From Paraspadella gotoi (taxonomy: Eukaryota; Animalia; Chaetognatha), in assembly GCA_051294375.1 (NCBI GenBank), contig CM119264.1, positions 495,173 to 559,172 on the forward strand: a DNA stretch of 64,000 bases. The letters are read 5' to 3'. Positions within the stretch are counted from its first letter, which is position 1. Every line of letters begins with the position of its first letter. The notes under the pieces are model-generated. The model was not told the DNA's origin and did not search any database. It saw only the letters and a program-made list of their open reading frames with translations. Below are positions 44,801 through 64,000 of the stretch, one piece after another. The translations under genes were made by a program, and so were the position numbers.

Positions 44801-47800
44801 CTGCGCATGGGCGCTGCTGCGATGGGCGCTGCTTGTGGGCACGAGGGCGCTGGCGTTCGAGCGCGGCGGGCGTGCGTCGCACTGCGATGTCAATTAAGAA
44901 TGGCGCGTTGTCGTCTCAGTCGCTGTTGCGATTCACTAGAGCCCAGTGGCTCGCCGCCACTGTGACCTCACATGAGAGTGACGGCGTTCACCGTGGGGAT
45001 GCTGCTTGCGGCGAGCCTCACGGAGTGCCGAAGGGGAATGAAAACTCGCGCTCTTGGCGAGTGTCGCGCCGGGCTTTTATCCTTTCCTGACAGCTTGTCC
45101 CCTGACAGCTTTTACGGGAGGGCGGCGCCCAAGAGCGCGCCTGAATGTGTTTCATGGTGAGAGCCTTCCAAGACCGCCTCGCGAGCGCAGAGAGTGTGGT
45201 GAAGTGGAGTGACGCCTTTCAGTGACGTCATCTTCAACGCCTTTGGCGGCGCGACCTGTTTGGCTCCTCACGCATAGATTTCTGCAAGGTGGAGATCAGA
45301 TTTTTGTGAAGCTCGGGCCTTCGTCTGCTGGTAGATACATTGTGGATTAGCGCGTGACGTGACAGAATGGGGAATGGCGCTGAGATACTAGCGCCTTCTT
45401 TTCGCCAGGCTCAGTGACGCCAGTGGCCGCCGAATTCCACGGCGGCGTGGGTCTAGCCATCCTCGATGTGGTCTCGGGTCGAAGGTCGTTCAGCTTTGCG
45501 GATTCCTTCGTTGTGTCGTGCTGCCTGAGGCGGAGGCGTCAAGCGTGTTGCCCGCGTGGGCATGGCGTCGCTGGCGCCCGTCCTCCCACCGATGAAGGGG
45601 CAACTCCCGTTGAAGCGGTACTTGCATCCGCTGAAAGGGAGTTGGGTCCTTTCGTGACCCGCGGCGAGTTGGTTTGATCTCGGAAAACCATTTGGAAAAG
45701 TTTTCGATTTGCGATTTCGATGGGCGTCGCGGACGTCGAGGCGGCGCGCGTCGTGGAATGCGTCGTTCGCGGTCCGGCACTTCGCTGCGATTGGGAGGCG
45801 TTACGCAGTGGTCACGCGGCATCGGTCGGTTCTCTTTCGTCGGCGGGGTTGGAGGGCGTGTGGACGTCTTGGGTTGATGAGAAACGCGGCATTGAAAAAA
45901 AAAATATTATTCACTTTTGAAAAAATTATTTTCCTTTGAAAAAGAATATATGATTTGCTTAATTAAAACAATGATTCAATTTAAACATATCTTGTTTTTT
46001 AAGAGTTGTTATTGGCAAAAAACGATTCGAATCGAGAGAATTTGAGAGAAGGAAAAAAAATTAAAGCAACAAAACTTTGGTCAAAAGAATTCTTGAGTAA
46101 TTTAAATTAAAAAATTAATTTAAAAAAAAAATGGTTTGAATTAAAAAATATGGCTTGGCGGATAAACGCGCGGAGTTTGTTTCGATTTTGTTGAAGTAGT
46201 TTTCCTTTTTTGTTTTTTTTTTGTGTTGTTTGTTTGTTTTTTTTTTTTTTCGTTTTGTCTTCTTCTTTATATTTTTTTTACGTCGGGCTCACCACGTGTG
46301 GGACGCAATACAAGTTTCAGAGTAAGAAGATTTATTCTTCAACAACGTCTTATACACATAACAGTCAAAATGCTCAGATGCTAAGTCTATTACAATGGTA
46401 TTTACAAAGGTTCAACGTTGACCATTAAAGTCGTCAACCGTTTTGAACCATAAATAAGTTGGGAATATGATGCAAGATGGGTCAAGGTTGGTAAGGTCAG
46501 TGCGTTTGACAAGGTATGCGTGTTCTAAATGGTTCGTCCACAAATTATTCTATTATATTATTAGTTGATTATTATTCAATGTAAGCAGGTCCCTGAGCAT
46601 TCTATCAGGCTTGTAAACACCATGTTACAGGCGGATAAGCGCCCCGTTTCCTCTAAACTGCTAGGCAACCACCGGGCTTGAACCCCGTACCTTTGGGTTG
46701 GAGAGGCGAATTGACTTTCTTTCTAGTCATGCACCAATGACCGCTGTGGACGTGCGGTAAATTTTAAGCCACCAGACCATGCCTCTTTTAATAAGATAAA
46801 CTCCAAAAATGATAATAAACTCAACTCGTAATCCAATTTTTTCTCCATGCTACTTTCTCTCTCTCTCCCTCCCTCCCACTTCTGCCCAGCGTGATCCCTT
46901 TCTTCGCCAACGACCGGCTCCCAAACCCAGCCGCCTTCACAATCCTTCCCACATCCTCCACGCACAAAGTGAAGTCTCTCTTGGAAAAGTTAAACTTCGT
47001 CGGGGGATGCGCGGAGGAGGAGAGTCACGTGACCGAGGCCTTGGCTCTGGGTCTCCAAGCCTTTGACGATTTCGAGGAAATGAGGAGGTGAGAAACAAAA
47101 TACTAATACCTTATGAATGACAATTATAATAATAAGAATAATTTGTCCAACTAGACTGTTAGTCTTGATTTGACCAATCAGGATTAGGCGATTCCATTTC
47201 CGAGGAGATCGCCCGAGTCTCCGAACCGATTTGCTTTTGGTGGCTTGATACTCCTGCGATGATATCAGAGTAATATAAATGAAAGCTTGCAGGGACCTGC
47301 TATTTCATTATCTTGTAAGAGTGATGGAGGCCTTAAACCACCAAAGCCTGTCCAAAGTCAGGGGAAAGATAGCTTATTTATTAAATGAATGGATAATTTT
47401 TATATTGGTTGTACCAATTTCATAAAATGTTAAACCCGCCATGGCCCGACGGGCCCGTCCAAAGTCTGGAGCTGAAATAGCGTCCTTATGAATTTACTAT
47501 TTTTTTGGATAATTTGTTGTACCAATATCGTAACCTGGTTTACAATAATGAGACAATAATAAACAAACTTCCCTCTTAACCTGTCCTTGGGATGTTAGAC
47601 CCAACCCACCGAGGATATGTCTCTAGACGAAAAGGAAGCTTGTTTTATGATTATCGAATGCGTGAATATAATTTTACCCCGGTTTTACGACCAATCTCGT
47701 GTGAATTTAAACGAGACGAGAGAGTCTTCAATTGAAAGCTTGAAGGGACCTGCTATGTCAATATCTTGTAAGTGTGATTGAGTCCTTAAACCCCTAAAGC

Positions 47801-49621
47801 CTGTCCAAGTCGGGGCAAGATAGCTTATTAAATAAATGGATACTTTTTTTTTCATTTGTTGTACCCATTTCGTTCATTTTCAGCGGAACCAGCGTCCAAG
47901 GCAAAGCGCAAAAGTTTTGCATCTTGGTCTGCACACTCACCTCCTTACCCGATCCCTTCCTTTTCTCCATTAAATATCCCGGATTTACGGCGGAAGATTT
48001 GGTGACCAAGATGCAAGAACGGGGGATTTTCTTCTCCGTCTTTTCCCCGCGAAAAATCCCTGAACTCTACAAACTCTTTCACGCCGGCGGCGGCGACAAA
48101 GTCGTGGGCGATTTCACTTGGGACTCTCGTCATCTCGTGCTGCTGCGGGGTTTCTCTCTCCCGGTGCAGCAGAATCCGCAGACGGACGTCGGCGCCGCCA
48201 AGAAAACGGTCAACAAAGCGGGCGGAGATAATTCCTCTCTCTCAGCGCCTTACTTAAACCCGGGCGGAACGAAGCCGACGTCTAACCTAACGAACGTATT
48301 TCCGGAAAATCCCAACAACGCGTCCGGCAACAACGCCTCGGCCAATCCATCGGCCGATTCCTCCGGAGTCAACGCGCCCGTCAACATGCCCGATTCGACG
48401 GCGCCGACCGCTTCGACGCCGCCCGTCCCCGTTCCGGAGAACGAGGAACGAATTATCATCTGGAACGGGACCCTGGAATGGCAAGAGAAGCCTCCCAAGA
48501 ATGCGCCAGGCGTTCTCGGCGCTCCCGGCGCCAAAGTCAGCAAGACTCTAATGTGCCACGCCTCCGTCTTGCAAAAGGACAAGCAAGAGATCAACACGGG
48601 CGACCGTTGGCCCAAACATCTCATCATGCAGCTCATACCCCAGCAGCTGTTGGCTCCGCTGCGCAAGCTCATCTCGCGCTCGCGTACCGTCGAGTTTCAT
48701 TTCGCCAAGAACGATCAATCCTCGCTGGAGTCGCTCCACAACGTGATGGAGAACGGATTCTCCGGCTGCGTTCACTTCGGTAACAACTCACAATGCGACA
48801 TCAAAGTCTTGATGTTGTTGTACAATAAAAAGACGAGGGGATTCATCGGATTCATTCCTTACGATCAAGACGGATTCGTGAGAGGAATTCATCAAATCAT
48901 CACCGAACACAAAGAGAAACATCAGCAGCGAAGCAGAGAACAATTCGCCGAGAGTCAAGGATCCTCCGTGGTGCCGCAAGGTGCCCCGCGACCCGCCCCC
49001 ACCAACTGGAATCCCAACATGGGCGGAATGAATCAGGGCGTTGCCGGAATGGCGCCGTCGATCGTGACCAACTGCGCTCCCGCCTCTAGCGTGTACGTCA
49101 TGCAGCAGCATCAGGGCCAAATGCCGCAGCAAACAGTGGGAATGATGCGCGGCGGCGGAGGCGGCGGCGGACCCATGATAAACATGCAGCAAAACGGCAT
49201 CAGAATCATGCAGATTCAACAGCAACAACAGCAACAGCAGCAACCGGGCATGCAATCGGGGAATCAACCGGTGCAATTGCGTAGTTTGCTGATGGCCAAT
49301 CAACATCAGAATCCAGGCAACGGACAGCATCAGCAATGGATGGCACCGACCGCGCAGTCGATGATGCGAGGCCAAATGATGATGGGCCCGCGGGGAACGA
49401 TGGGTCCCCAGGGGACAACGATGGGTCCCCAAGGGGCAACGATGGGTCCCCAAGGCGGAATGATGATCGGCCCTATAAGGGGCGGGAATCCCATGGGGAT
49501 CATGAACGTCGGGGGCGCCGTTTTGACGACGCAGGGTCAGCAGCAACATCAAGTGCAGCAAACGCAGCAACATCAAGTGCAGCAACAACAACAGCAACCC
49601 AGTCAAGATATGTGGGGTTAA
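38821..49621 (+). CDS. MED25: Mediator subunit 25 (VWA domain, ACID/PTOV domain, Q/M/G-rich tail)
   Basis: Exons about 38821-38886 (tentative), 39786-39974 (ADVVFLVECNANLGP), 46890-47087 (FVGGCAEEESHVTEALA), 47884-49621 (ERGIFFSVFSPRKIP; WNGTLEWQEK; WPKHLIMQLIP; GFSGCVHF; IKVLMLLY; FIGFIPYDQ). A few homopolymer frameshifts. Confidence 0.92.
39103..39165 (+). ncRNA. Type-P5 twister ribozyme (F3), predicted cleavage U39128/A39129
   Basis: TATCTTGT aag AGT GA TGG aggcct TAA ACC AC C aaa G CCTG T CCA AAGT CAGG g GCAAGATA. T1 TGG/CCA, T2 AC/GT, P4 CCTG/CAGG, P5 8 bp, no P3. Confidence 0.88.
39424..39485 (+). ncRNA. Type-P5 twister ribozyme (F3), predicted cleavage 39449/39450
   Basis: Core identical to 39103-39165. 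Confidence 0.88.
40359..40808 (+). mobile_element. Second F3 two-LTR element with twisters at 40370-40432 and 40695-40757
   Basis: Same spacer as 39214-39304; LTR 40575-40808; predicted cleavage sites 40396/7 and 40720/1 (324 nt apart). Confidence 0.85.
40814..46542 (-). mobile_element. Ty3/Gypsy LTR retrotransposon, full-length but heavily frameshifted, in a MED25 intron
   Basis: LTRs 46542->46297 and 41050->40814 (TGTGG...CACA). PBS TGGTGAGCCCGACGTA at 46294->46279. PPT GTGGGGGATG. RT (FSKIDAGKGYHQIP, LEFLGY), RNase H (FDKELLA...IRHFRHMFEG) and integrase (HIDLVGPL, IDRFTR, DRGAQFTS, TTAYHPQSNG, PYDGPY) occur in RT-RH-IN order. Confidence 0.95.
46575..46782 (-). mobile_element. Degenerate F1 solo LTR
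   Basis: Reverse complement of 475-668; its distal end may be the TGAAGAGACAG segment at about 40285. Confidence 0.8.
47281..47422 (+). mobile_element. F3 LTR fragment with intact twister core (47309-47371; cleavage 47334/47335)
   Basis: Core identical to 39103-39165, with one P5 mismatch. Confidence 0.85.
47700..47871 (+). mobile_element. Degenerate F3 LTR fragment
   Basis: Collinear with F3; T1 and T2 mutated. Confidence 0.8.
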
Positions 49622-49891
49622 TAATTTCTTTTCGATTCTTTTTTTTTTTTAGTTAAAAAATCATGACCGTGATTTCATCGTTAATTATATTGTATTATTA
49701 TATTTTTACCACGTTTTTTTTTCTTTCCCTTAGATCAACGATGACTTAGTCATATACATTTTTAAATACTTCAACTTTATCACCTAATATTCTTCGCCAT
49801 GATGAGAGAGAGACTACGAGACAGAGACGTTTCTTCGCCTCGCGATCGATTCCTCTTCCAACTGTGATTCATTTCTCACAAATCTTTCGTC

Positions 49892-61625
<11,734 letters not shown>

Positions 61626-64000
61626 GTATGTAGTTTTTTAACGAACCTCGTTTTAATGTATGTCATTTAATAAATCCGAAATAGTGTTTTTTTATTATTA
61701 ACGTAAAAAAATATATGACTCAGGAGAAATCGCCAAGAGATCTTATATCTCTCTCTCTTTCTCTCTCTCTCTCTCTAGAAAAAAAAAAATTGACCACTAA
61801 AACATGGTTGAAAAAAAAACAACTATTTCGAGAACGAAAATAAATCTATCAAAACACTACACATTTTTTTAAACGTCCGCGATAAAACGAAATCATTTCT
61901 TTCTTGCAAGAAAACATTCAAGTATTCCTCACAAACCACCCAACCCATAATAGGACTATATAGTATGATGTAGTATCTAAATAAAACCTCAGATTATATT
62001 CGCCCAGAAGAATCTAAAAAAAAAATAAGAGAATTCTTTTTTCGTATTCTCAACTTAAGGACATGTTGACTTCTCGCGCTAACCCTATCCTGATATTTGG
62101 CCAGCTGCAGTCCAGTCTCTCTCTCTCTCCCTCTCTCTCATATAGAGTCGTAAACAAAAGGGAAATGCGAAAATACAATGAAGCGACGAAAATGACAAAT
62201 TTCGATTCTTTCTCCGAATCATTCGACTCTTCTCTTTCGATATCTGCATCTCCGTGGGATTTTATTTCTGACCTCCAAAAAATATCAGAGGAGCCGGTGT
62301 ACTTAACCCCCTTTCTGCATACTTCGAAAAGAATTGACAAAAAAAACAGCTTGAGTTGATAACGTTTTGCATAACGCTTGAATGGACATTCAAAAGAGCT
62401 TCGGTTGATAGAACGTGTGTGAGTTAACGCTTTAAATGACATCAAAAAAATTTCGTCCCACTGAGTAAATATCTAAATCGTGCTCTAAAAAAAAAGGAAA
62501 ATCTTCAAAAATGCAATCCAAACCTTGAAAAAGAAGAGAAAATAATTGTGACTCGCTCTCCTCTCTCTCTCTCACACACACCACACGGACGCTCTCCTCT
62601 CAGTCATCTCATTCAAATTTTCGAACAACAACGCGAATTTCCCTTCCCCACCCCTCGCGTCGATACGAGGTCACTAAACGCCAGGGAGACGCCTCCCCAT
62701 CCGCGTTGTCATGGTAACGCCAGTGGAAAAACAATCTTCCCGTTCCTCATCGTTTTTTTGCCATAGGAGGGCCACTCCTCCTCCTTTCCTTCCTCCTCCC
62801 TCCTCCGTCGTCATGGCGACGAACGAGACGGCGACCGGTTGCTTCTCCTGCGCCTATCGCCGGGACTTCTCTCCCGCCGCGACGGATGTCGAGTTGACCG
62901 AAGGATGCGACGCAATCCAATGGTCCTGTTACAAAATCCAACCGCCTTCGTTCCGCCAAAAAAGTGGGCGTGGCGACGGAAGCCGTCTGGATTCGCCCAC
63001 AGCTCTGCCGCCCAACGGCAGGCGATAATTATAACATTCCAGAAAGAAAAACGGAGTGATTGTGCGTGACGTAGTTAATAGCTTGTGATACATAAAATCT
63101 GACTCAGAGCGGCGGGCGCGTCGCTGTCCCCGACACTTGTCAAACGATGCGGCTCTCGTTACGTGCGCAGCAATTCCGGCTCGTCTTAGGTAAAGGGCTA
63201 ACCCACTAGTCCTTAATATTTAATTTTAAAAAAATTGACTATCAATTATAAATTTAAAAACGAAACGCGGCATGTATGGGGCAAAATAAGCCTTTGATGG
63301 CACCGGCTTAGGAATTTTGGGATTTTACTGAAAATTTATTGGCAAAACTTTAATCGAATAAGTTTTAAATTAAAAATGATTCTGTGTATCGTAATGCTAA
63401 CTTGTATCTAGCTTACTAGGGGGCAGATATTGATACTCACTCAATCATGTAATGCCTATCGAGAAGTTGCAGGGACCGCATTCATTATCGAAGTAGTGTG
63501 TAGGTCCACTACAAAACGGCAATACGTCTTTCCCCACCGCGCTCTCTCTCTCCTCCCCTCCAGCCTCGCATCCCTTCTCGCCCTGCATACGACGGAACAC
63601 TCCTTCCTCCCTCTGTGGTATTTGGGAATTACTGCGTATCGATTAATCGACGATTCGCGTATAACGTCAGAGTGATCCTCCAATAGAACCGATTCGTGAT
63701 CGGATTACATCCGTGGGCCAAGAGGTTGAGATGGCTTCGCATCGCAGAACCAAAGAAACGCCACAAGTGTTCCGAACCGAGGTGAGTCGAGAGAAAGAAA
63801 AATTGTATGAACCGAGATTTAAGATTTAATAAATTTGATAACATATGGACGTGTACCACGCGTAACATTTATTAAGAGCAATTATTTGAAAACCCCATTC
63901 AGCGACTGTGACACGTGCCTTCCTTACGAGGGACATTCAGAAGGCCGAAATAATGGTCGTTGCAAAACTTGGCGCAGACAAGTCGAAGCTCTATTAAAGA

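Overview
Eukaryotic (metazoan, probably invertebrate) genomic DNA with AT-rich introns, dense (AG)n/(CT)n microsatellites, three N-gaps and many homopolymer indels that look like assembly errors. Spliced + strand genes are a small Cys-rich membrane protein, an ACVR1/ALK2/saxophone-type TGF-beta type I receptor, MED25 (with a Gypsy LTR retrotransposon in an intron), and a KIAA0930 homolog. An ENO4-like gene is nested on the same strand inside one KIAA0930 intron. Main discovery: four different families of small non-coding, TRIM-like LTR elements (F1-F4, about 25 copies or fragments). Each LTR carries a hand-folded, circularly permuted type-P5 twister ribozyme, with compensatory changes between families in both pseudoknots. 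F1, F2 and F4 also carry tRNA-like Pol III A/B boxes and a TGGTGAGCC primer-binding site shared with the resident Gypsy element. F1 and F2 have polypurine tracts, and F1 and F4 copies show 4-bp TSDs. This suggests an animal 'twister LTR-retrozyme' system that makes about 320-480 nt self-cleaved, possibly circular RNAs and is mobilised by Gypsy proteins. All structures and homologies were inferred by eye; no searches were run.
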